From Mobula hypostoma (taxonomy: Eukaryota), in the NCBI RefSeq assembly GCF_963921235.1, contig NC_086097.1:99822001-99886000 (forward strand): 64,000 bases of DNA, given 5' to 3'. Positions 26,690-38,720 of the stretch are shown in pieces (the stretch's first letter is position 1; each line of letters begins with the position of its first letter). The translations under genes and the position numbers were made by a program. The notes beneath the pieces are model-generated. The model was given only the letters and a program-made list of their open reading frames with translations, ran no database searches and was not told the origin of the DNA.

Positions 26690-29560
26690 TCTTGGCAGCT
26701 CATGGAGTAAAAGGTTTTTATCATAGCTCCATCTTTCACAACTTACTTTCTACTGTTAGATTCGTTTAAAGTTTGAAGATTTATTATTTTTGCTGAAGGA
26801 TCTACGATTTAATTACGATGGCTGATACTCGATCTGGAATCAAATTAAGAGGTGGCAAAACTCTTCCTGAAGTTGAACAAAGAAATCAGAGCAGAAAGAG
26901 TGCTCTCTTTAATAGAAGCTATTAATGCGAAGATCGGAATGGTGGACACCAAGATCGATAAACTGACGAACGCTCATGAAAAGCTGGAAAAAAAATTTTC
27001 GCTGTTCAGGAATCTTTGAAGAACCTGGAAGTTCAATATCAGACACTTAAACAGAACAATCACAGAACTGAAAGAGAACAGGAGTTAATGAGTCAAACTA
27101 TTAAAGAACAAGAATTGAAGTTGTCTTTTATGGAAAAGAAAATTAATGAGGCTGCTTCAGAGTTATCAAGAATTAAGAAGAAAATGATCGATCTGGAAAG
27201 CAGAAGTCACAGGATGAATTTACACATTCTAGGTTTGTCTGAAAATACAGAAACTGGTCAGGCATTGAAGTTTTTTTCGAACATGTTATATTCACTTTTT
27301 AGTGACATTCTCAAAGCCTGTCCAATTCTGGACAGAGCCCACCGAATTCGATGCCCTAAACCTTCAGCCGAAATGAAACCATGTCCTGTGATTCTGTGTT
27401 TGCATTATTTTACAACCAAAGAAGCTATTCTTCGGGATGCAAGGAAAAGGGATAAGCTAATTTATAATGAAGTAAAGATTCGTATAGTTGAAGATTTTAC
27501 CCCAGAGATTTATGCTGAAAGAATTATATATTGAGAAGTTATGGCTGAATTTTATAAGATTAACTGTCGTCCCTTTTTGCATTATCTGGCTCGTCTGATA
27601 GTTACTCTACCTAATACTCGTCCAAAACGGTTGGAAGACGGTTGGAAATCTATAAAGGAGTTTAAGTCCACCTTGCAAGCAATTTGAAAAGTTAATCCTT
27701 AGCTGGGAGCTGTTTGTTACGGTTTCGATGAATGTCCGCTCCACGTTTTATGAGTGCCCAGACATGGATTTGGTTGACTTACTTAGATCTATTGTTGTTT
27801 GCTTTAATAGTTAATATATATATATACTCTTTGATTTGTAAGTCTTTAACATTAGTTGTAGTATATTAGTTGGTTGGATTTATCTTTTTCTGAATACATG
27901 GGTACGTATTTTAAATGGATTTAAGATGGCCGTTGTTAGTTCCCTGTTAACTATTGTTAGACATAATATGAACATATTTGGAGTTTGTTTATTTCTTTAT
28001 GTACTCTTTGTTATGTTTTTTTTGGTGGTGGTAACGTATACTTTGTAAGCAAGGGCTGCTATCTGGAAACAGGGGTCAAGGGTCATTAGAGTAGCATGCT
28101 GTCCATCTATTGGATGGTTTCCGGGTTTTCAGGATAGAGGGGTGGGTCTATTAGACTAGATTTTTTTTGACTGGGCAGTCCTGGGAGGTTCTTTTTGTCA
28201 ATTATCTTGCTTTTCTTTCTGATCGAGTCATGCTTTTTCCTTTCTTCAGATTTAGTTTGCACCTGCGCATTAGCTTACTTTATAAACTTTTAAAATTCAA
28301 CTTTAAATATGGATCTTAATAAAATTAATATAATATCTTGGAATTTGAACGGTATGAACCAACCTATTAAGCGCAGAAAGATTTTTAAGAAATTAAAAAC
28401 ACCATGCAGATATTATTTTTGCGCAAGAGACTCATATCCGCAGGCATATCCGTAGGCAGAATGAAAATCAATTTTTAAAAAAATTTTGGTAGGGACCCTT
28501 ATTTCATTCTTTATCAGTAAATAAAATAACAGGGGTATCTATTTTTATTAATTCTAAAATCCCTTTTGTTCATTTTAATACTGTTACTGATTTAATCGGA
28601 AGATATTTAATTGTTACTGGTCTGTTATGTGGTCAAAAGGTGGCTTTGGTGTGTGTCTATGCACCTAATATAGATAGCCCTGAATTTTTTAAGAAGCTAT
28701 TTTCTGTGCTGCCAAATTTAAATGAATATAAGTTGATTATGGGTGGTGACTTTAACTGCCGTCTCAATCCGTCGATTGAGAGATCGTCCACCAATCCTTC
28801 ACCTCCTAATAAAGCTGCGACTTGTATTAATTCTTTTTTATTAGAATACAGTTTGGTGGATATTTGGAGATTTAGACGTCCTAAAGAAAAAGATTTTTCT
28901 TTTTTTTCACATGTATACCATAAATATTCAAGAATTGATTATATTTTGCTGGAGATGCAATTGGTGCCCTCTGTTGCTAATTGTTCCTATGATGTGATTG
29001 CGTTGTCGGATCATGCACCTATGAAACTAATTTTGAAGTTTTCTGATAATATTCTGAAGTTACTTCAGTAGAGATTTAATGTTTCATTGCTACAAGATTC
29101 AACCTTTGTAAATTTTTATTAAAGAGCAAATTCCTCAATTTTTGAATTAAATACAACTGAGGGAATGTCAAATTTGGTTATTTGGGATACGAAGAAATCT
29201 TTTCTTAAGGGACAGATAATTTCATACTCAGTAGGTTTAAGGAGGAAGACCAAGGCGGAACTCTTAGCGATTACTAATAGGATTAAAGAAATAGATAAAG
29301 TTTATTCAGTAATGCCTAGTGAAGATCTCTTTAAGGAAAGGGTGGAACTCCAAGCACAACATGATTTGCTTTTGACTTTTCCCAATGAGCAGCAACTTCT
29401 TAAATCTAAAGTCAATTTTATATACATGGAGACAGGCCAGGCAAATTATTGGCTGGTCAATTAAAAGTAAATATGGCTAAAGACAGATCCTAAAAATACG
29501 AAGACCTGATAGAACTGAAACAGTAGATTCTTATGAAATTAGTAAGGTATTTATAGATGC
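26690..29560 (+). mobile_element. L1-clade LINE, 5' half: ORF1 (~26818-27686), spacer, ORF2 APE domain (from 28309); disrupted and 3'-truncated
   Basis: ORF1 coiled coil plus LDRAHRI...IRIVEDFT; ORF2 IISWNLNG, QETH, YAPN, GGDFN, SRIDYI, SDHAP. Confidence 0.9.
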
Positions 29561-31014
29561 ATGCATTTATATAGATGCCAAAGCTAGACAGAATGATATT
29601 CACATGGATTGCCCCTTGCAGATGAGTGGCATAACTCCACTCACAATGTAGGGCTGGGAGAAAATTGGGAAGCACAAGGAAAAACATTCTCAGTTAAATA
29701 ACTTCTCACATGAACTCCAGGGAATTAAGCTAAAAGGTCAGCCACAATGAGTACCAGAGTATTAATAACAGCTGTTAAAAATTATAGTTCTGTTGTATGG
29801 AGCTTCAGAGATCCAAACCTACCAAAACCTTCATCTTGGCCAACTACTGAAGCACACCTTTTAAATTAAGCTCTGGTAATTCAACAGTGTCTCCCAAAAT
29901 CAACACCATCGATCATGAAAAAAGCAACACATACATGGAAGCAATTCACCTCACCACTGAAAATATATTACCATCCATTCATCACTATCGGGTAAAATAC
30001 TGAAACTCCTTACATAAAAGCACAAATTAAAGGAAAAATGTATTAATAAACCTTTTCATTGGTTTCAAGGGCAACCTGATATTTACCACCCACTGATTCA
30101 CTGTTTACTCCACTTTTGTTCCTAGCTTCCACATCCCTGCACACTACTACCTGCAGACATACGCCCTACTAGTTAACACTAAGCATTGCAAAAAAGATTT
30201 CTTAGTTTCAATCCCAGGTCACTGGTAGATTATTTGAAGTCCAGGATCATTATAGAAAAACAAATTTACAGTACCCAGCAAGATCATTCAATCCATACTG
30301 TGCTTCACTGCCAAAAAGTACTAAGATGATCCCAACTCCCAATTTTCATTCCATAGCTCCTGAGGCAATGGCTAAGTGCTCATCTAGATAATTTTCTAGG
30401 TTTCTCCTTCCACCACTTTTTTAAGCAACGAGTTCCAGAGCCCAACCAAAGGACCATCTGCAAAACAGAGCTCAGAGTTAAACCGGTGCAGGTAACTTCT
30501 GTTTGCAACCAAGTCAGAGCAAACTCTTGACACATTCAAACTTCAACTTCTAATAAAATAAGGAGAAGAAAACAATGAAACAGAAAAAGTCACTTTTAAG
30601 ATCATGTTAATGAAACTGAGGTTTGGGGATTTTTGCTGCAGATATGGAATATTACAAGCTATGATGGTAAAATAATGTAAGAAACCAATGGAGCCTTTAG
30701 AACATGGCCATCTGCACAGTCACCTACTTTACAACATGTTACAATTCTAACCTTTCATTTTTCCAATTAAAGGTCACTGATCTTAAACATTTATTCTATT
30801 TTTCTTGCTCCTCAAACCCTGCCTGAACTTTTGACTACTTCCAGTATATTATACTTCTGATTTGGCTCATTTTTATTCCCTATCTTGGTCTTTCCAAACT
30901 TACTCAGTTTAGAAAAATTGAATTGTCTTGCAGTTTTCAGCAAGGAAAATAATTCTAGATCAAAATGTTTGTAAAAACACACCCCAATTTCACCATGGGC
31001 TATTGACAGCTTGG

Positions 31015-31630
31015 CAGTGGTGCAGTTAGTAGAGCTGCTACTTTGTAGCTCAGGGATCTGGGTTTAACCCTGACTGTGGGTGCTGAGTGCAGTTTGCACA
31101 TTTTTACTGTGATAACATGGACTTCCTTCAGTTGCTGAGAAGATGACGGCATACTTGGTTGCAAACAGCCTTTCTGGGGCAAAATGTTTGCCTTAAACAT
31201 TTTTCTTGTGATCATAAGACCCTGATGGATTTAGTAATACAAAATACTGTAAGTCCAGTTGATTGGCAAGACCAAGGGCAGAGGAACTGCGTGGCCTCAG
31301 TTGTTGACTGAGGACCAGGCCCTCAAGCTGCAGCCAACCAGAGGAGGAAGCGCCAGTGGCAGTATGGGAGAGAACAGAGGCATCCATGCTGAGATGGGGG
31401 TTGGCCCTGCAGCCCAGCTCTCCCAGTGTTCACTCCCTAGAAGACAAGCTGCATTTTACATTTGGTTGCAAGAGATGAGGAACTGCTGCGTGCTTGTTCT
31501 TTGCGAAACGTGGCTCCAGGACAACATCCCATGCAGCTATGCTTCATTTAGCTGTATGCACGTCTAGGGTTGAATGACAATTAAACTTGAACTTCAGCTG
31601 CTCTGGTTGCTTCCCACATACCAAATATGC
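31015..31630 (+). mobile_element. HE1-type V-SINE interrupted by a short Rex1-like derivative (31137-31591)
   Basis: tRNA-like head GGTGCAGTTAGTAGAGCTGCT and GCAGTTTGCACATT V-domain; insert flanked by CTTCAG(T/C)TGCT. Confidence 0.65.
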
Positions 31631-32140
31631 ACCTTATGCACGTCCAGCTAACTTGCTGATGCATTCCTCCACCACATTCATTTCAAGTTTCAATTAGGCA
31701 GATATGATTAATTTTAATACAGAACCATGCTAATCAACTTAAGTCACTCTATTCCCAATGAGGGATTCTTCTGGCTTTCCCAAAACTGACAGGCATATGG
31801 TATTCAAAATTCTCTGTCACCTTTCGTGTACTATATTAGTAATTTGCATGTTTAATTATGAGCTGTGAAAGACCACAATTCTAAGTAAGTTTATTAAGTC
31901 CCAAGGTTTTAACTTTTGTTAGCCTTACTATATCTTGAATATTAAAAAGTACTCACCCACTAAATTACCTTAAATGAAAGTCAAATACTTCAGATGCCGA
32001 AAATCTGAAACAAAAACAGAAAATGCTGGGAACACACAAATCAGGCTGCATCTGTGGAAAGAGAAACTGACTTGTTTTAAAAAAGTAAAAAACCTCTTGT
32101 GTGAACTGGAAGAAAATAAAAAACAAATCCATGGCATACA

Positions 32141-32353
32141 AGAGGAATTCTGCAGATGCTGGAATTTCAAGCAACACACATAAAAATTGCTGGTGAACGC
32201 AGCAGGCCAGGCAGCATCTATAGGAAGAGGTACAGTCAACATTTTGGGCTGAGACTCTTCGTCCTGACAAGGGTCTGGTCCGAAACATTGACTATACCTC
32301 TTCCTATAGATGCTGCCTGGCCTGCTGCGTTCACCAGCAATTTTTATGTGTGT
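32141..32353. mobile_element. Fold-back PLE-derived short element with decayed hammerhead motifs
   Basis: Inverted arms around ~32260; 13-bp TSD TCCATGGCATACA (32128-32140, 32354-32366). Confidence 0.9.
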
Positions 32354-33416
32354 TCCATGGCATACAGGTCGGGTTACACGGTGATTACACTTTTGTTTGT
32401 GTAGTATTCTGCAAGTTGCAGGGCTGTGCTACATGCCCAGCACAATCAGATTATTAATGGAGAGAAGAAAACCAAGCCATAACCACAAACAGATGACGTA
32501 CAACAGAAATGACAATAGTAACACACAGAAAGCAAACTACCCAAAGCTAGACGATTGCGTCTCGAAGGTTGAAACATGCCTCCATAGAAGACGAGGTGTT
32601 AATCTACAAACCTTCACTGGGCATTATATGGTTAAGTCAGAATAGGTGGAATAGAAAGTTAACATGGCAGGCAACAGGAAGGTTAAGGTCTCCCTTGCAG
32701 ACAAGTTGAGAAAATCACTGTGATTTTACCAAATGTAATACACCAGCTTGGAAGTGCAAATGATTAGCTGTGTCATATGGAAAGGCTGTTTGAGTCACTG
32801 GATGGTGGCTAAGGTAGGGGCAAAAGGACGAGCATGACATGAGAGTATCATAAGATAGTGAGCACAGTGAAGACTGGTAACAGAAACATGTATGCTTCCT
32901 GCTTAGAGAACTCAAAAACTTATTTCATTCATGCCCAATTACCATGCTGATCCCACCTTTACAAGGTCCATTTTGATTCCTTCCAGAATCCCTGTCTTCA
33001 TCTCAGAGAATAAACACCTATTGCTGATCTACGGGCTCCCACAGTCACCTTCACCATACTTCAACCAATCTCCCCAAAGACTACCATTCCATTTGCCCAG
33101 TTCTTCTGTCTGCAATGTATCTGCTGAGGAGTTATTTTGCACAGGCGCCTGTTTTTAAATGGTCAATTTGCCACTACCACAGAGTGCAGAGCCCCTGACC
33201 ACAATCTATTTCCTATACTTCTGCTCCTAATTCCTTTTTGTCCTGGGCAGAGTAAGAAAAGCTCCCACTATCACCAGCCTTCACATTCAACTAATCATCC
33301 TTTGACACATATGGGTTTTAACAAACAGCAGTCTCCACCAGCAGACATACTCCACCCTCAGCATTGAAGGACCCCCCCCCGATAAAGTTTAAGGGAATGG
33401 GGGATTCTCAGATCAC

Positions 33417-34148
33417 TGTAAACAATGAATTAAGTACTGACCATGTCTGTGACTGCAGTGTGTTTGAATAATGTCTCACAGCTGCCTTCTTTGGAGCAAG
33501 ATAAGGGTTAAAGTACGCCCAGATCCACATAGATCTCTCTGGGCTTTTCACACCTTTTGATTTTGACAAAAAGCAGTACCTGATGGAAATTGGACAGAAC
33601 ATTCCTTTCTTAATTAAAGCATAAATTTGACAGATGTTCTCATCTTTGTAATTAAGTTGTGGCTCCAGCAAACCAGGTAGGACATTCTTTTCTTTAATTA
33701 AGGTGGCTGGAGTGTCTAAAAAAATTGATTGTACTTTTCTATCAATAGTCCATTGACTTGGCCGGAATAGTTATCAAATTGATTGTTCTTTGTATCAATA
33801 GTCCATTGACTTGGCCGGAATGGTTATCAAACTGATTGTTCTCTGTATCGAATCCATTGACCTGACCGGAACAGTTATCAAACTGATTGTTCTCTGTATC
33901 AATAGTCCATTGACTTGATCGGAATGGTTATCAAACTGATTGTTCTTTTGTATCAGTGGCCTTATAACTTCTGACAATTCTGACATCGGGCAGTGAACTT
34001 GTAGAACCACCGGGGAGATGAGAAAGGGTCTTTCCCTGATGTCGGGTGCGAGTTCACTCGCCCGCTGAGCTCGAAGAAATAAACGGGTGAAAAGATAAGT
34101 AACGATCTTTTTGTGCTGTCGTTATTTGATCTAGTAGTTACGTTTACA
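33417..34148 (+). mobile_element. Probable solo LTR with internal ~53-bp tandem repeat
   Basis: Ends TGTAAAC...GTTTACA; TATAA ~33963 and AATAAA ~34078; TSD not evident. Confidence 0.7.
33722..33957. repeat. 51-54-bp tandem repeat, ~4.3 copies
   Basis: Unit (T/C)TGATTGTTCTCTGTATCAATAGTCCATTGACTTGGCCGGAATGGTTATCAAA. Confidence 0.92.
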
Positions 34149-34667
34149 CCCTGAGACTCCCTGGTCAAAATAGGAGAAAATCGGCAGGCACCTAACTGAA
34201 GCCAGCCTTGATCAGCAATGATTCAATGAAATCACTGATCAAGGCTACCCCAGTTCCTCTGTACCAACTTTCTAAAAGGCCTTGATCCTTCAAAATATGT
34301 ATCTAAGTAGTTCCACTGATCTACCTTCCACATCTTACAGGGCAGAGAACCACAACTACTGCAAAAAGAAATTTCTTCTTCTGAATTTCAAAGATCACAG
34401 ATCCAAACTGTTCAGACTCCATCACAGGAATTAGCTTCGTTAATTTTTTTGGATTGCTTCCAATGCAAGTCCATCTTTTTTTTTAAATATATGGGACCAA
34501 ATCTGGGCTCGATATCCCAGGTGTGTACCTTGTTTGTACAACTGTAACAAAACCTCTGTAATTGTAAGCTCCAACCCACTTGCAATATAGACAATAATGC
34601 CATTTGTCTTAACTACCTGCTGGACTGTGAACTTTGAGATTCATCTACTAGAATACTCGGATCCCTC

Positions 34668-35650
34668 TACGTGCTCAGTCCACTGCTGTTCCCTCTGCTG
34701 ACCCACGACTGTACTGCAACACACAGCTCGAACCACATCATCAAGAACGATGAGTCAGCATACAGAGACGAGGTGCAGCGGCTAACGGACTGCTGCAGAG
34801 CCAACAACCTGTCTCTGAACGTGAACAAAACAAAAGAGATGGTTGTTGACTTCAGGAGGACACGAAGCGACCATTCTCCACTGAACATCAACTACTCCTC
34901 TGTACAGATCATTAAGAGCATCTAATTTCCTGGTGTTTACCTGCTGGAGAATCTCACCTGGTCCCTCAACACCAGCTCCATAGCAAAGAAAGCCCAGCAG
35001 CGTCTCTACTTTCTGCGAAGGCTGAGGAAAGTCCATCTCCCACACCCCATCCTACTACATTCCACAGAGGTTGTATTGAGAGCACCCTGACCCAGCTGCA
35101 TCACTGCCTGGTTCGGAAACTGCACCACCTTGGATCGCAAGACCCTGCAGTGGATAGTGAGGTCAGCTGAGAATATCAACAGGGTCTCTCTTCCCGCCAT
35201 TACAGACGTTTACACCACACACTGCATCCGTAAAGCAAACAGCATTATGAAGGACCCCACGCATCCCTCATACAAACTCTTCTCCCTCCTGCCATCTGGC
35301 AAAAGGCACCGAAGCATTCGGGCTCTCACGACCTGACTATGTAACAGTTTCTTCCCCCAAGCCATCAGACTCCTCAATACCCAGAGTCTAGTCTGACACC
35401 AATCTACTGCCCTCTACTGTGCCTATTGTCTTGTCATTATTTATTGTAATGCCTGCACTGTTTTGTGCAATTTATGCAGTCCTGGGTAGGTCTGTAGTCT
35501 AGTGTGGTTTTTATGTTGTTTTACGTAGTTCAGTGTAGTTTTTGTATTGTTTCATGTAGCACCATGGTCCTGAAAAACGTTGTCTCATTTTAATGTGTAC
35601 TGTATCAGCAGTTATGGTTGAAATTACAATAAAAAGTGACTTGACTTGAC
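34668..35650 (+). mobile_element. Rex1/Babar-like LINE 3' part
   Basis: [40 protein letters not shown]; (GACTT)n tail. Confidence 0.88.
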
Positions 35651-36836
35651 ATCACTCACTTGCAGTCCTTCTCCATTTAATAATAATCTGTATTTTGAAA
35701 CCTGTTATCCAACAGCAAGATCTCACTTCCCCAAATTGAACTCCATATGCTAAGCTTTTCCTCCATTACTTAATTCATGATATATCATTCATGATATGCT
35801 CACAACATGCTCTATTTTGCATCATTAGCATGCTTGGATATCTTACATTTCCCCTTTCATCAGAGTATTTATAAGTACTAATACTTGGGATACGAGTTAT
35901 ATCTTCACTTTAGTCTCCATCTTATAGCACACACTCATGCAACCATAGTGATGGAAACCCTGGCTTTCCTACTATCCAAGCATCGAAACAGTCTTTCCAG
36001 TTGAAGCAGCAAATCACTTGCTCCAGTCTTGTGTAGAGCATGTGGTGTTCTCAATGTGATCTACAAACAGAGAAGCCAGACACAGGCTCAAGGGTTGCTT
36101 TGAAGAGCAGCTTTATTCAGTCCACAGGCGGTTCTTGCTATTGACTATTTTAATTCTGTGCCCAATTCTCATCAGTCTGTACCCTCCCACATGACTATGG
36201 CAAAACCCAATTTCAGCACGTAGAGCAACACTATTTTCAGGGGATATCATTACCTTCCAGGCTTGATGTCAAATTCTCCAACTTAAGGTAATAGCTTTCC
36301 TGTGACTAAAACAAAATTGACCATCTCTGTTCACTGTTATCCCAACCGTGAAACTAGGCACTTACTGTAGCCCTGTTATTAGCCAAATCAGACAGGAGCA
36401 CAAATCACAATCCTACTGCTCCCATTAACCCATTTGACCCAGCCATATTTCAAATAGTCCTTTCTTTTGCCCATTTTTCTCCCACACCTCCCCAACCCCC
36501 ATTTTTTCTCAACTTAAGCCATTCTCTCTTTTCCAGTGATGGCGAGGAGGAGCTTTGATTTGAAATGCTATTTAACTTTCTACAGATTTGACCTGAGTGG
36601 TTGAATCTTCCCAGCATTTTCAGTTTTCATACTAAATTAGCTTGGCAGCCATTAACACAATAGGTTTTCACTTCCTTTAACCTTAATCTACTTGAGAATT
36701 TTTCCATTCCAAACTTAATTTGCTTCACTAACTGTCTTTTGTAACATACATCTTGCTAAATTGCATAGCCCTTTGGAATACCATTTGCTGGAATGTATAT
36801 ATTTGGCATTCCCTTCATGGATAGGCTGATGATAAA

Positions 36837-36872
36837 AGTCCTGACGAAGGGTCTCGGCCTGAAACGTCGACT
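36837..36872 (+). ncRNA. Minimal type-I hammerhead ribozyme motif
   Basis: AGTC-CTGACGA-A-GGGT/CTCG/GCCT-GAAA-CGTC-GACT: stem I AGTC/GACT, intact CUGANGA and GAAA cores, GUC cleavage triplet ending 36868. Confidence 0.75.
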
Positions 36873-36970
36873 GTGTCTCTTCCTATAGATGCTGCTTGGC
36901 CTGCTGCGTTCACCAGCAACTTTGATGTATGTTGCTTGAATTTCCAGCATCTGCAGAATTCCTGTTGTTT
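36838..36970 (+). mobile_element. 133-bp PLE-derived element starting at a hammerhead ribozyme
   Basis: 13-bp TSD GCTGATGATAAAA (36825-36837, 36971-36983); homologous to the tail of the long PLE. Confidence 0.9.
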
Positions 36971-37231
36971 GCTGATGATAAAACTGATGGTTTGTCTTGT
37001 TCTTTACCAATGCAACCTGAAATGTACTAAACATTACTTTGCAAGTGCCACTCAGTGGGCTTGGCTCTCACATCTCAATATTTTGACACAAACAGCCCAA
37101 GTATTTCACATATGAATGCTTTTTAAGAATATAATTTACATTTCAATATACATTCGTAAATGTTACGGAAGGACAGTACTAAAATTTTCCTTGACAATTA
37201 TCATACTCCAAACAAGGGAACAGCTTTCTTT

Positions 37232-37454
37232 AAAAACGCAAACATGAGGAATTCTGCCGATGCTGGAAATTCAAGCAACACACATCAAAGTTGCTGGTGA
37301 ACGCAGCAGGCCAGGCAGCATCTCTAGGAAGAGGTACCGTTGACATTTCAGGCCAAGACCCTTCGTCAGGACTAGGGTCTCGGCCTGAAACGTCGACTGT
37401 ACCTCTTCCTAGAGATGCTGCCTGGCCTGCTGGGTTCACCAGCAACTTTGAAGT
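37232..37454. mobile_element. Fold-back PLE-derived element (minus-strand unit 37232-37373 plus inverted partial copy)
   Basis: 14-bp TSD GAACAGCTTTCTTT (37218-37231, 37455-37468); minus-strand AGTCCTGACGAAGGGTCTTGGCCTGAAATGTC. Confidence 0.9.
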
Positions 37455-38289
37455 GAACAGCTTTCTTTGTGGACATGAGAAAATTTGCAGATGCTGCTGG
37501 AAATCCAGCATTTTGTGCGTGTAGCTTTCTTCATGGGATTTTCAGGGCCGTAAACATTGATATCCATGACCAGTTTTTTCCACTCCTAATTGTGGTCTGG
37601 ACTCTGACAGCTACAGGTAAGAACAGACTTGGAAGAGTTCAGCCTGCCAGTTATTATTATCTATTATAGAGTGAGCAACACAGGCATCTTTGCAGTCTAC
37701 TACTCCAAAAATATAATGTAAGAGATGCTAGTGCCTTGATTATGGGTATTTACAAGAGGCCTTGTGTTTGTGTGACTATACTTTAAGATTAAATTTCAAG
37801 TGTTTTATCAGGATAAGGACTTCATTTAACTTCCTCTTCCTAGTTAAGCAACCCTCTCCAAGGGATTATGTTCTTTCCAAACCTAGCACTGAATTCAGAG
37901 GATTAATTTCTCTCCCTCTGGGACACAAGCTAGGGCCTTTCTTCAAGGTCAAAGCAGAGGTCTTCCTCAGTCTCATCTACTGCTGCCAGGGCTGGAGCTC
38001 GCATCAATTACCATGCGGTGCTGGCTCTGTGTGAGATATGCACTTATCCTACAGCAAGAGTTGTTGGGACACCAGAATCTTAATGGAAAATCTCAACTGA
38101 AGGTGATGACATTGCTCTTCCAGCCTTGCAGAAGGTGATGCAGCCACTGCCTTGCACCAAGTACATCATTTTCTGCCATTTAGATGCCACAATAGCAGTG
38201 AGAAAGAGCCTGGGTTCCCAAATTGTGACTGAGTGCAAAATAGTACAGCAGATTTTCCAGCCCACCACATCTGCATCAACCTTTATGTC

Positions 38290-38720
38290 AAATTGAGCTA
38301 ATCACATCTGCCTACACATGGTCTGTATCCTTCTACTTCTATGTCCAAACACCTCTTAAACATTGTTATTGTGTCTGAATCTACCATCTTCCCGAAAGCA
38401 CACTGCAGGCACCTACTACTGTTATAAAAAAAAAAGCTTGCCTCCAAATTTCCCTTAAATATTTCCCCTTTCATCTTAAAGATATTCCTTCTAGTATGAC
38501 ATTTCCACCCTGGGAAAAAGATCATCTACAGTATCGAAACCTCTCATTATTTTATATACCTCATCACACACCCCACCTCAGTCTCTACTGCTTGAGAGAA
38601 AACAAACCAATTTTGTCCAGTCTCTCTTTCAGGCAAATCCTGGTGAACCTTTCCAAAACCTCCACATACTTCCTTAGTCTGTGAACCAGAACTACACACA
38701 ATATTTGAAACATGACCTAA
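38290..38720 (-). mobile_element. Decayed CR1 3' fragment
   Basis: Reverse-strand CR1 C-terminal motifs (TMFKRCLD). Confidence 0.6.

Noticed and set aside
33722..33957. CRISPR-like array
   Set aside because: Units are contiguous tandem copies without unique spacers; vertebrate context and no cas genes
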